Assembly (NCBI GenBank): GCA_013239625.1
Contig: MU056303.1
Span: 9,604,049 to 9,668,048 of the forward strand
Source of the DNA: Lama guanicoe
Lineage: Eukaryota
Direction of reading: 5' to 3'
Length of the DNA stretch: 64,000 nt
Shown here: positions 12,963 through 25,028 of the stretch, one piece after another
How positions within the stretch are numbered: position 1 is the stretch's first letter
How the letters are laid out: each line of letters begins with the position of its first letter
The notes under the pieces: model-generated
What the model was told of the DNA's origin: nothing
What the model saw: the letters and a program-made list of their open reading frames with translations, nothing else
The model's database searches: none
Translations under genes and position numbers: made by a program

Positions 12963-15900
12963 AGTGTTTGGGGAACTTGTTGGGGAGGGAGTTGACATCA
13001 CCCAATGGCTACTCACATGCTGTCCAGAGAGGACTTCCACAGGGTGTACTGGCCTTTTCTTCGGGTTGCCATTGCTCTGTGTTCTCTCCAGTCTCCTGGT
13101 TGGGCTGGACAGAAAGGAGTAGGGGCAGGGCAGGGGAAGAGAGCAGGAGAAGGAATGAGTACACTGAGAGTAACCCAAAGAGGCACCACCAGGTCAACCA
13201 GCCCAAATGGGAGGTCCTACTCCGGGGAAGAACGTGGCTTCTGTTGTCAAGGCCAAGTGGGCTGAGAAACTCAGCCCAGAGTCCAAGACAGAGGCCAATC
13301 CAGGAAGTCAAGGGGCTACTTGAGAGGCAAAAACTGGGGTCATGGGCCATCCCCTTCTGTGGGCATCTGCACATTCTGAACTGGTTTGGTAATTCGGAAA
13401 GAGCAATCCAATGTCCATCAGTAGGCCTGGATTCTGTCCTTATGCAGCTGTGTGACACTGGACAATTCCAAGACCTCTCTGGGCCTCAGCTTTCTCATGT
13501 ACAAGGGTTGGGTCAGGTGACCTGTGGGGATCATTCCAGCACTGACATCTGAGTTCCCAGCGTGAAGGCCTGTATTTTATTGGCTGTCCTTTTCATTGGA
13601 GCAGTTCCTGACCCAAACTGGGACTCAGTAAAATATCAGCTGATGGTCATGAAGGCTGAGCTTTCTGAAAGGGATGGAGGAAGGGTTAGACACGGTAAGA
13701 GGCAGAGAGAGTATCTCATTCTGCCATCTTCCTGACTTTCAGCTTCCTTATAAGGTCAAAGAAACTTCTAGAGCTACAGGAGAGCTAGGGAATGATCAAG
13801 GAAGCACTTGGAGAAGCCAGCTGTGTACTCCTGGAAGCAGTTGGCACTGTGTCATTAAAGGATAATGGAAGGGCATCCCAGGGAGGGTGACAAGGCAGAA
13901 GGAAGCCAAGGGAAGAGGAGGCCACCCAAGCCCAGTGAGGGCAGAGATGTGGACAGCCCCAAGAGCGTGGAGTGAAAAGAAACCAAAACAGAAGAGGAGC
14001 CTTGGCACTAGTTGGTGTTGATCTCAGTTCTAGGCGCCCCTCCACCGGGAAATGGCTGGGTGCCTTTGGGCAAAGCTCTTCATCTCTCTAGTCTCCCCTT
14101 GGGGATAACAATATTCCTTGCTCGAAGACAGGGGATAGCTAGATCTTCTCATGACTTCTTCCAGGGCTGAGATTAGAGGTTGTGTGATCCCTCGAATTCT
14201 TCCTCCACTTCCGCCGGCTCCGCATCGCAGACCTATGCTGGAAAGGAGGACCAGTCCCTTGTGTGCCTGTGCCCCCTGGGCTTTCTATGGAGAGCAGACA
14301 GCACGGAGGGCTGGGGCGAGCATGAGGGGTAGAAGTCTGACAGTCTGACCTACCAGGGCTGGAGAATCCCCGGCCCACCTTGGCCCTGGTGCCCGGGAGG
14401 TCCTGAGGAAGTGAACAAACCAGGCAAGACAGTGAATTCTGCTTGGGATCCTCCAAGCCCAGCCGGCCCTCACAGCCTTCCTGCAGCCACACTGTGGGGC
14501 TGGCAGGGCTGTTCCAGGCGGGAACTGAAGAATCCACTCCCAGTCTGGCTTGGCCAGGCTACAGCCAGCCCTTGCTGGCAGAGTTCTGAACGTGCAAAAC
14601 CCTCTGCCCACCCACCCAAGCCCCTCTACCCTGACCCTGCTCCCCAGGCAGCCACAGCTGGCTGAGGCCTCCATGAAACAGACGTCGTAGCTCTGAAACA
14701 GCTCATCGTTCGATAAAGAAACACGAGACTTGTTGGTTGACATCTTTAAAGAGCTGCAAGTACCACCACCAGGAATGCCATGGGGAAAAGATGTGATCCA
14801 CCTTGAGTTTCCTGGGATGTTCATTTCTCAGGACAGCGCACAGGAAGCTACCAACAGGCCAGCTGGAAGCTAGATGGTGTTACTTCCGCCCTGTTTTTCA
14901 GGCAGAAAAGTTATAAGAGGGGGATAAAATGCACCCCCTAGCTAGTGCATCCAGGCCCAAGACCCTGTACTTGAGGCAAGCTGCAGAACTTCTGAGAGAG
15001 GGTAGGCCCATTCCTGGAGCCTGCAGAGCTGCAAGTGAGAGGCTCTGAGGAGGCTGATCTCCCCAAAATAGACTTGTTTTTTTCACAACTTTTCGTAAGG
15101 CATTGGCATCTCTTACAGCATGAAAAAAAAAAAAATAGCCTGAACTGTTAACAAATAAAGATTATAAAAAGCCCCAACTGTTCCCCATGGGTTTCCATGT
15201 GGCTGTAGTGTTTGGGGCAGGGAGGAGGCTGGGAGAGAGGGCAGGGGAAGTGTGTGTCCAGGAGCCCCCAGTCGCCTCTCTTCTGACCCAATTTTCTTCC
15301 TCGGTAGAGCTCACGGGAATAATACTTGATTCTGGGGATAGGAACGTTTTCTGCTGTCCCTCAGAAGTAGTCCACTGTGACTGTGTATTATTATTTACTG
15401 CTTCCAGATAAAGGACTGCGTGGCTCAGAACAGAGCATCTTAGAAGCATAATCACATAGTGATGAGGCTGGGTTAAATTTGGCTGCCCTACTCAGAAGGA
15501 CAGGGTTTGTTTAGTAAACACTAAGAAGGCTCAGTGTTCTTGTCAAGGTCAGCCTAGCCTGAACTTGGACCCTCCCCTTAGCTTTGCTGCATGTCAGCAG
15601 CCAGACATGTGTTTAAGGTTGGAGCTGCTCTTGACTCAGGTTAAGGATAGTGCAGGGACCTGGTCTTCCCCTGTGCCCTGAGTTCCCTGTGGAGCCACTC
15701 CACATCCTTTGCCCCTGGCCATGGCGCCTTCTTGGTGCTTGGACTCCAACAACACAAGAAACAGAAAGTGTGAAAGGCATTGGAGTGGAGGCTGGAGCCC
15801 AATTCCTGTGCCCTTGGGATTCTCAGTGAAATCAAGCGTTGATCTGGAAGATCAACTCTGGCCTGGCCTTTTTGTAACCAGAGGAAGAGAATCCCCTGAG

Positions 15901-17349
15901 GTCCCCAGAGCTCCGTGTCCCCACAAAGTCTGGGATCTGTCAAAGACCCACTTCATCCACCTTTACAGACCCCTTTTCTACTTCTTTCCCTCTTCCTCTC
16001 CTTCCTCTTCTTCTTCTCCCCATCCTCTCCTCTCCCTTCCCCACCTCCTGGCAGAGATTTTTATAAAAATACACACATGTGGCTCTGACTTGGTCAAAGA
16101 GGAGGAAGGCAGCCAGCCAGTGGAGAGACAGGACCCCTAATGGCCATTAGTGAACCCTGGATGGTTCTGGAGCAGGTGGCCAGGGAATGCTGGCTAGAAG
16201 GTTCCTGAAGTGGTGACAGTGATAACAGACCAGCTGGGCAGCTGCATTTTCTCTGGTCTTCTCTGGACCCGCAAGTCCTCTCTCAGGCTCCAACCAACCA
16301 GAGTTAGCAGCCATCTACCCCAGGAAGCTACAGCTCCGTCCAGGGTGGTGGTTGAGAAGGGGCTCAATGGCTGAGAAGGGGGAAGGGCAGTGTGGAGTGT
16401 CCAATGTGACCTGTCCCAGCCAGAGCATTGCTCTGCAGGGTGTGGTCATTCCCAGCTTACTGGACCCCCAGGGCAACACATAGAGCGAGGAGGAGAGAAG
16501 GGAGGCAGACCAGGCTGCAGTGGGGCTAATGTGGGGAAATAGAGGGTAAAAGAGGGTGCTCAGAGTTGGAAGTTTCCCAGAGAACAAGTCAGCCCATTAG
16601 ACAGCCTTTGGCACAGGCCACGGGGCAGAGTGGCAGGCACAGGGGGGTGCTGCTATGTGGCCCCTTGGAACCACAGTCCAGGGCACTTCAAAGGCCACTG
16701 AGCCCACACCTCAACTTAGTCTGGTAGTCCGGGGCTTACCACGTACTCTGGGAAGTTCACCCCTGGTCTACCTACCTTTCTTCCTCCTAGGGGATGCCCA
16801 CTCTCAGAGAGCCTGAGTTGTGGGTGGAATCCTAGAGCTGGAGGCAACCCCGAGAGGAGACCCTTGCATCGCCATCTCCACATCCTGACGGGGACACCCT
16901 GGGCGGCAGAGTGACTTCAGCAGACCTAGGGTTCCAACCTCCCCAGCCACCATTTTATACACGCAGAACTGAGGACCGGGGAGCCCTGGTGTTGGGAGGC
17001 ACCAGTCAAAGCCCTGACAATCCTCTGTCTCCCCGGAGCCCCTGCGGTGGCCATGTTGCAGACAGAGGTGGCGTGGACCACTAACAGCCCTGCCCAGGCT
17101 GAAGGCATGGGGCCTGTCCATGCAACTCAAGTCACATCCCCTGTCCTGGGCCTCTGGGAAAAATGAGACTCGTTTGCTCATTTGTTCATTTAGCCTTTCT
17201 TCCAATTACCATGTACATGTCAAGCACCTGCTACTACTAGACACTGATAGAGATTGTGAGGGTTATAAAATAACAATGATACCATCAAGGAGCTTAAGTT
17301 TAATAAATAATAATAATATATAGTTAATGATTACATTATTATTATTATT

Positions 17350-17520
17350 ATTAATTGAGAGTTTATTACATGTCCAGTATTGGGCTACATGTACTACTTT
17401 CTTTAAACTTCAAAACAATCCTGTAAGGAGGTACTATTATCATCCCCACTTGGCAGATGAGGAAACTGAAGCTTCAAGAAGTGATGTGACTTGTCAGGGC
17501 CACAAAGAGGCCAGCACGGA
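17350..17520 (-). mobile_element. MIR SINE
   Basis: TATTATCATCCCCACTTGGCAGATGAGGAAACTGAAGCT core. Confidence 0.8.
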
Positions 17521-20500
17521 GTGAGGACTCCCCTCTGGCAGGTGGCTCAGAGCATCTCTGACGGCACAGCCCCTGAGCCCTTTCCAACCTCATGCCCTGA
17601 TTTTAGAGCATTAACATGTTAATTCACTTTAAAACAACTCTCTTTCTCTTATGGATGAGATGAGAAAACGGAGGCCCAGCTCAGAAAAGTCCCCCGGGGA
17701 GTTTGTAGCCAGGCCAAGCGGTGGCCCCTGCACCACCGGTCCTTCCATCTCCGCGTTTCCGTCTCCCCTTGTGTGAGACTACATGGGTCTGTTGAAGGAT
17801 GCCCCCCAGTTTTGAAATCCTGACTGTGTGATGTTATCATTTGATGTTTTTAGGGAAACAGAAAGCTGAGAAGCAGGAATGGACTAGCTGAAACTTGCTT
17901 CAGAGTCCTCTTCCAGCCCATACTTACCTCCAGCTTGCCCCATAGGCAGTCAAGAATGTGGAAATGTTTTCATGCCTCAAGACAGGAGCTTTTAACTCAG
18001 CTGATGGGATATATCCATCTATCTTCCTATAACCCTGTATTTGCATGCATATAGGTATATGTATATGTGTGTAATCTCCAGCAGAGGAACTGACAGGTCT
18101 TAGCAGCTAGAGGTCTGGTAACAAAAAGAACTAAAGTTACTGTAACTTAGAGCCTGAGGCCTGGGTTAACTGTAAAGGTGATCCGCTGTACCCTTAAACG
18201 GTGACTTCACACAGCCCCTCCCAATTAAGCTGTGCTCACCTCCACCGTTGCCAAGGCCCATGGCTGCCCACCTGGGATTCTCGGCCATTTGCTGAGTTAT
18301 CCCAGCCCAGCAAGGACACGCACCCTGGGGTGCCAAGAAGCCTTGTTCTCAGCCTGGTCCCTAAAACAAAAAAGCCCCTCAGCTGTTCCTTTGCAAGGAA
18401 GTGACAGCAGACTGGCTTAGGATCTCTGCTGCCCTGGAAGGAATCCCTAGAGCAAGGCTGAGAATTTTTGGCCCAGTGTGACTAGTAAAAGGAACCAAAT
18501 TGGGTGGATGGTAGGTGGGTAGGAGATGTGAAAAAGTAGGGTCAGTTTCTTTTGGGGGAAATGGATCCTACTACCTGAAAAATCTGGGCGCTCCTGGTGT
18601 GGGGAGGGATCATTAACGGGCCCCACAGGGCCCAGGTGGGAAGGAAAGGCTAGACTCAGGGTAGCTGGCAGAGCAGAGGCATCCCTGGTGTCGGCAGCGG
18701 CCCTTCAGGTTGGGGAGGAGCAGAAGACAGAGTGCGCAGGAGGGCCGTGGTAGCCCAGCATCTCAGGCTGGCAGTGTGCTCCATCCTGGCCATTGGCTAC
18801 ACTGATTGATAAGGATGAAATGGGCTGTTGGGGTCTCCCCTTCCCTCCTGGCTAGGTTCACAAGGAGAGAGTGGGATCCAGTCCAGCCGCTGGCGCTGGT
18901 ACCTGAAGACACTCTCCCCACTTCCTGCCCAGAGACTGGCTGCCTCGGGTTGCTGGGCCGCAGTCCAGGGGGCTACTGCACCTTGATAAGGAAGACATCT
19001 GATTCCTAACCCCTTGCCCCTCGTCTTGCCTTCACGCCTCCCTCCATCCCAGAAATCAGTCTGAGAACTGCACATTTTACTGAGTGCTGGGAGTAACCAG
19101 GTGAGGACCAGCCAGGGCTCGGGCGGAGCTCCTCTCTTCTCCAGGCACAGAGGAAGGGCCCAGGTGGCCTCGGGACAGGTGGAACATGAGTGGTGGACTT
19201 ACCTGCTGCCTCTCCTCTGGGGCCTGGCTGGCTTGTCACCATTCCCTGTCCAGAAGCAGTGTCCTGGGCTGGGTCAGTGGGAGGGAATGCGTGAGGAAAC
19301 AACCACAGGGATTTTAAAGGCTGGGATCCAAAAGCTAGCCTATGGGGAGCCAGGTGAAGAACATGGTTACTGTATCCAGGGGTGGAACCAGTAGGCAGGC
19401 CTCATGGTCAGTTCCCACCCCATCCAGGGTCCTGCTGAGCTCAGAGATAAGCTACCTGGGCAGCAGTCCCTTATCCCACCTATGGGCAGGTGAGAATTCC
19501 CCATGCCTCTGCCCAGCCCCTGACCCCCAGGGCCCTGCTTTGGTCTGCCCTCAGGCTCTCATTCTGACTTCTATCCTGGTCTCTCCTCCTCCCTGGTGAC
19601 TCATGTGAATCAGGCTTTGGAATTTCACTCACTGGCTTTTTCTGACGCATATCCTGGGAGACTGGCCCGGAGCCAAGGAACAGCGCTGTTGTTTTCACCC
19701 CACCGGTGATTAATTTTTAATTTCGGCTCCCTGAGCTGAAGGCTCTATAGAGTTGTGGAGGGGCCAGCCAGGCTGGAGAAACCAGGTGGGAGGTGTTGGG
19801 GGTAGGGGGCAGTGCTGCTGGACAGGAAGGCTTCCTTTCTGCTTCTGCTCACCTGCACACAGGTGGAAAACAAACAGCAGGAAAGCTGTTTGCTTGTAGT
19901 GGTCAGACACACTCGGCTGGCCAGCCAGGAAACTCAAGAAGATGATGCAGAGACCAAACCTAGCCTGACCCCTGTGCTTCTTGGAGTGGATTTCTGGATC
20001 TCAGCTGAACATTTTGTGAGTCTTAATGGTTAGATAATGCCTAACTTTAAATGCTAGGCACGACAGCCTGGTTACTCGCTTGAGGGCGCTTCTGTATCAC
20101 TCCCAGCAGCTCGAACTTTGTTACCTCCCCATTTTGAATGTTATGTGAGGGGCTGGCCGTGGCTGGGACTGTGGAGAGTAAAAGGGAAGGTTGTCATGAC
20201 AGTGCATTGGGCTGGGCATTGAAGACCTGGATTCATTTCCAGGTCTGCCATCACCCCAACTTCTTCCCATTCGGTATTTCATCGGGGAAAAGGGAGCGGG
20301 TCCCCATGGTCCTGACGGCACTCACCTCCCGAGGGTCTCCGGTGTGTGCAGCAGTAGCTTGCTGTGGCCCCTCTGCTTTGTGCATCTCCCTTACTTCCAG
20401 TCTTCCAGAAGGCAATTGCTTTTCCCATCCCCTCACCAGACTGCCCCTGACCCCCTATCTCCCCTAGCTGCCCAGGATTCCAGGGCTCAGAGTCCTACCC

Positions 20501-20779
20501 TGTCTCTTCCAGCAGTTCTGTGGAGAAGTAAAGGACTGTCAGTCCGATAGGCTGACCCCTGGGGTGCAGGGCCAGGGGAGTTCCTCAGTGTAGTCAGGAA
20601 ACAAACCCTCACCTGGTTATGTGAAGAGGATGCCCGGAGGTCCAGCCGGTACCCTACTCTCTGGAAGAGTAGGTCTGTAGAGAGCACTGGAGAAGTGTGA
20701 TGTCGGCGTTCATCCCACCCTCTCCCTCTCAGCTGCCCTTGGGGGACCACCTTCATTTGGGAAGATGTAGAGGAGTAAA

Positions 20780-21240
20780 TGTGTGACACAACAGGGCGGC
20801 CGGTTGGTGACATCACAAGGCGTGGGTTTGGTAAAAGAATTTACTAGAGATTAAGTATAAGAATAGAAAAGAGTTTATTAGGGGTACACTGTCATAGACA
20901 ACAGTGGGCCACACAGGCGAGGGGTGACTGTGTGAGCACTGAGGGCCAGTTATTGGGGTCTTTTATCAGGTAGAGCCACAGGGTGCCTGATCGGCTTGTG
21001 TGCAAGGCTCTGATTGGCTGTAGATGAGGTAAGAGGTTTAGGGTCCATGAAGAGTGGTGGGGTTTGCCTCTGCTAAGGTGGGCTGAAACAAGCCAACCTG
21101 AGCTATTATGAGATGATTACCTAGGACTGTTAGTTTGTTAGGGCAAACATGCCTAGTAAAGAATGTACTTTATCTGTTGAGGGATCACAGGCAGACATCT
21201 GCCAGCCTAGGAATGGGGGTCGTCAGACTCTGAAGGACAT
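20780..21240 (-). mobile_element. ERV1-like LTR (boundaries approximate)
   Basis: Reverse polyA signal (GTTTATT ~20874), reverse TATA (TTTTAT ~20961), reverse CCAAT (GATTGG ~21013). Confidence 0.5.
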
Positions 21241-21539
21241 CAGTTGGCCCAGCAGTAAAGAGTGGGGATACGGGAATGGGTCTGTGCCTCCGTACACACA
21301 CCAAAGATTACAATCAGGAATTTTTGTTTTCAGATTCAAAGCACGTTTAATGAGACAACAATACATTATGACCAGATAGGTTTAAGAGTTTGGAATGCTC
21401 AGTCAAGACTGAGTTCATATCTAAGGTGTTCCACCTCTGTAGCTGCTGACAATTTAAAATAATGTAATACATAGTATATTAAAGTATTACATGTGTCCAA
21501 GTTCTAAAACATAATAAGGGCCAAAACAATTGTGAATCC

Positions 21540-22870
21540 CTTTCTCAATTTAAAAATTGTAGCGCAGCCAATACACTATATGGTCAAAGCTACAAATGTG
21601 TGGCTTCCCCATTCCCACCTCCCACCTCTCCAACAGAGCGACCTCTAACTCGAATTTTGTATTTGTCATTTCCTTGATGATTTAAAATTTTGTATATCCT
21701 ATTGTGTGGGAATCCCTTAATCATGCACTGTCCAGATTTGCTTGTTTGGAAGCTTTGAGATATGGCGTTACACTGCATGTACCTCATCTTGTTGGACTTG
21801 TGTTTTTCTCAGCTTTGCTTTACTAAGGTACAGCCACACTGATGTGTGTACTTGGGTTCCTTCATTCTTCCTGAACTGTCATTTCCAGCATGTTATTCTG
21901 CTGTCCAGGGTTTTGCTACTATGAAAACGTGCTTCTTTGAATATTCTTGCACTTGTCTTCAGGGGCACACATTCAAGCATCTCTCACTGGGTAGATACTC
22001 AGAATTGGAATTACTGGCTTTTACTGTATGCTCATGCTGAACTTGACAAATCACACCCAAGTGTTTTCCCCAGTGGCTGTAGCCCCAGCAGTGTAGAGTT
22101 CTAGATGCCCCACGTCCTCATTTCCACTTGCCTTTTTATTTTTTTAAGTTTTTTATTTGTTTTTTGGTCGGGGGGAGGTAATTAGGTTTCTTATTATTTA
22201 TTTACTTATTTATTTTTAGAGGACATACTGGGGATTGAACCCAGGACCTCACGCGTGCTAAGCACTACTACTTGAGCTATACCCTCCCCCCTCCACTTGC
22301 CTTTTCGAACGTAAACATTGGCCCTCCAGTTCTGTATGTGATGGTATCTCAGTAGCCTGTGTTTCTCTGAGTACTAACAAGGTGGAGTGGTTATCTTCAT
22401 ATGTTTTGGTACATTTGCGTTTCTTCTTCTATGAGGTGCCCACTCATGTCCTTTGCCCATTTTTTGGACACCATCATTTTCTAATCATCAGTGATTGGTA
22501 TGGATTATTTATATATTCTGAAACTAATATTTTGAATTATATGAAAAAATTATATATTATGAAATATTATATATTTTAATATAGAAAAATATTTCTAACC
22601 TTTTCAGCTGTATGTGTGACAAATATTTTCTCCAGGAGTGTGGCTTGATCTATGACTCTCTTTATGTTGGCTTTTGCTGAACATGAATTCTCAATTACAT
22701 CACAGTTGAATGAAGTTAATCAAGTTTTCTTTCACGGCTAATATGTTATGTCTTGATTAAGGAACCCATCCCTATTCTAAGGTAGTAAATATAGCTTTCT
22801 ATATTTCTGTATTTCTTTCTCAAACATATTAAGCTTCCTTTTCTGATTAGATCTCCATCTGTAATTCATT
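21540..22870 (-). mobile_element. Old L1M (L1ME-like) 3' region
   Basis: T-rich; antisense L1 motifs GGTAGATACTCAGAATTGGAATTACTGG, TGTGATGGTATCTCAGT, CCTTTGCCCATTTTT. Confidence 0.65.
22137..22291 (-). mobile_element. Camelid-type tRNA-derived SINE (Vic-1-like)
   Basis: A/B boxes (TAGCTCAAGTAG, GGTTCAATCCC), A-rich tail, TSD TCCACTTGCCTTTT at 22123-22136 and 22292-22305. Confidence 0.9.
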
Positions 22871-25028
22871 TTTATCAACTGGGTTTTTTTTTTGCTTGTT
22901 TTGCTAAGAAAAAAAAGTATTGTATCTTTAAAAATATTTCCCTGGTTCTACAATTAACCAATGCTCCTTAATACATATTAATAATTGCAGAAAACTTGGG
23001 AAATATGAAAAATTAAAAACCACTAAAACTTTCACCACCAATAGATATAGCTATAGAAAAAAAAACACACAGTATGACACTAGGTACATAGCATTATATT
23101 CTTTTTATATCTTATTTTTTCTAATTATACAGGTTCATAGCAGAACATTTAGAAAGTAGAAAGTAAATAAAGGAGAAATAGTGTGCGTTCGCACTACTTT
23201 GAAAGTATTTGATGTACCTCCCAACATTCCAGCTGGTTATTCGGAAGCAGAGTTCTTCACTGGCGAGAAGATTCCAGATCATGGCCATCACTCCCACCAG
23301 TACAAACACTTTCCAGCCATATCCTTGATCAGGAAGAGACTCATGTGCATCCCCTAGAGTAAACATATCGTGGGGCGACCCTCAGCAACCCAATGCAATT
23401 TGAAATGGGCCCCCTCAAATTCCAGAAAAACAAATTGCACTCTTGAATGTTTAATAGAACCATCCAAAGTACATGCAATCAGTTATTTAAATAATAAATA
23501 AGTCATATCGCCACCAAAAACTTTTTTTAAGGTAGAAAATAAAAACATAAATTATGATCATCATCACCAAAACCAAGTATTTTTCCCCCACATTTTACTC
23601 ATGCTTTACTATGGCCAAACTCTTAACCTCAGACTTTCAGCCCTTTTTAGCAAAACTATTTGAACTCTATTTCACTGGTTTGGTATAAAAATAGTGTCCA
23701 CATCTGTGCAAACATGCTACATCTTACCTATATTCCCACTCAGGCATGTGGCAAGCAAAACTAATCAACCATGTTCCCACTATTTCTAAACTGAGACCGG
23801 AAGGCGCCTCACAGCTTACAAGAAAGACTAACAATGGGTTGGAATTTGCCCAAAATCTGAAGTCTGATTTGCTAGGTAGTTCTGCCTTGGTAGATCAGAA
23901 AGACTTGAGAATAAGAGAGCCAGCCAAAGGAGGAAGCAGTGGACGGCTAGAGGGAGCGAGTGGAGCAGAGTTTTCCCCTGGCAGGTGGAAAAGCCAAGAG
24001 ACTGGGGGAGGAGCCCCGAACAGATATTGCCATCTTGCCCAGGGCCTCCCTTAGTCTGCAGGACAGAAACAGAGGTGATGGCCCCTGGCCAGTAGGCTCT
24101 GAATTTTCCTGCGCATTGGTTGGGTGGCACGGTGAGAGGACAGAGCTGAGAGGTATGAAAGGCTTCTCTTTTCCAATTCTGCTGCAGAAATGCCTGGGCA
24201 GGTCCTGGCACTTAGCCCTCCTGGTGACAGACATCACCGTTTATGGATCCCAGTGGGGAGGCCTGGGGTTAGGGGGTAGGGGAGCCGGCAGAGGGGCCAG
24301 CTGCCCCTGAGTGTGCAGTGGTCCAGGGCTGCCTGGGCTGAGCAGCGTGGTGCCACTGCAGCTGGAGCTCAGCTGACGGGGCTCGGGGCCAAGCTCAGGC
24401 CCGACACGCCTCTGGAGAAGCCAGCACTTCGCTGTAAGAGCATTCCAGCTGGAGTGGGCCGACTGCTCCTTCTGCACCCCCTGGAGAGCAGATGGAGTTG
24501 TTGAGGGGCGGGTAGGAGAAGGAAGTAGCTGCAGACGGCACCTCAGTTCTGTCCCCTTTTATCCTCCCCCCAACCCACCCCCACCCCAACCTGCACCAGC
24601 TCCAGCTGTGAATTCCTGGGAGGGACCCTGTGGCTTATTCAAAGGAATCTGGTGGGCAGAAGACTGAACTCTCAAAACCAGCCTACTTGGAACAATCTCG
24701 AGGGGCCGCCCTAGTGAGGAGAGCATCTCATGACTCCACTGAAGCAAAGAGTGAGGGTTGGGGGAGGGAGGCCACCAGAGGCTCAGAGGCTGTTACAGCT
24801 GGAATAAGCTGCGGGGAGCTCCACCAGACCTGCCCCAAGCTCCCTTTCTTTCCCTCAGTGATACAGTTCAGTGTAGGTTTGAAAATAATTGTCACTACCA
24901 CCAGAGTTAAAGAGATGTTTTTCTTTCACCAGTGGTTGAATCAACTCCATTTGAGGGAGGCAAGGAGAAAGGAAACTAAACCTGGACCTATTGACTACAG
25001 ACTTGTTTAAAGTTTAAAATTAATCTAT

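Larger units (their letters stand above)
10447..15159 (+). pseudogene. Candidate multi-exon unitary pseudogene of unknown family; exons 10447-10595, 10699-10839, 11767-11816, 12114-12197, 12346-12456, 13028-13098, 13605-13694, 14165-~14244, 14648-14873, AATAAA 15154-15159
   Basis: AG acceptors, mostly GT donors, phase-compatible junctions, protein-like translation, ~5 in-frame stops; assembled by eye. Confidence 0.5.

Noticed and set aside
17300-17352. (TAA)n...(TTA)n quasi-palindrome
   Set aside because: Low-complexity repeat tail next to a MIR
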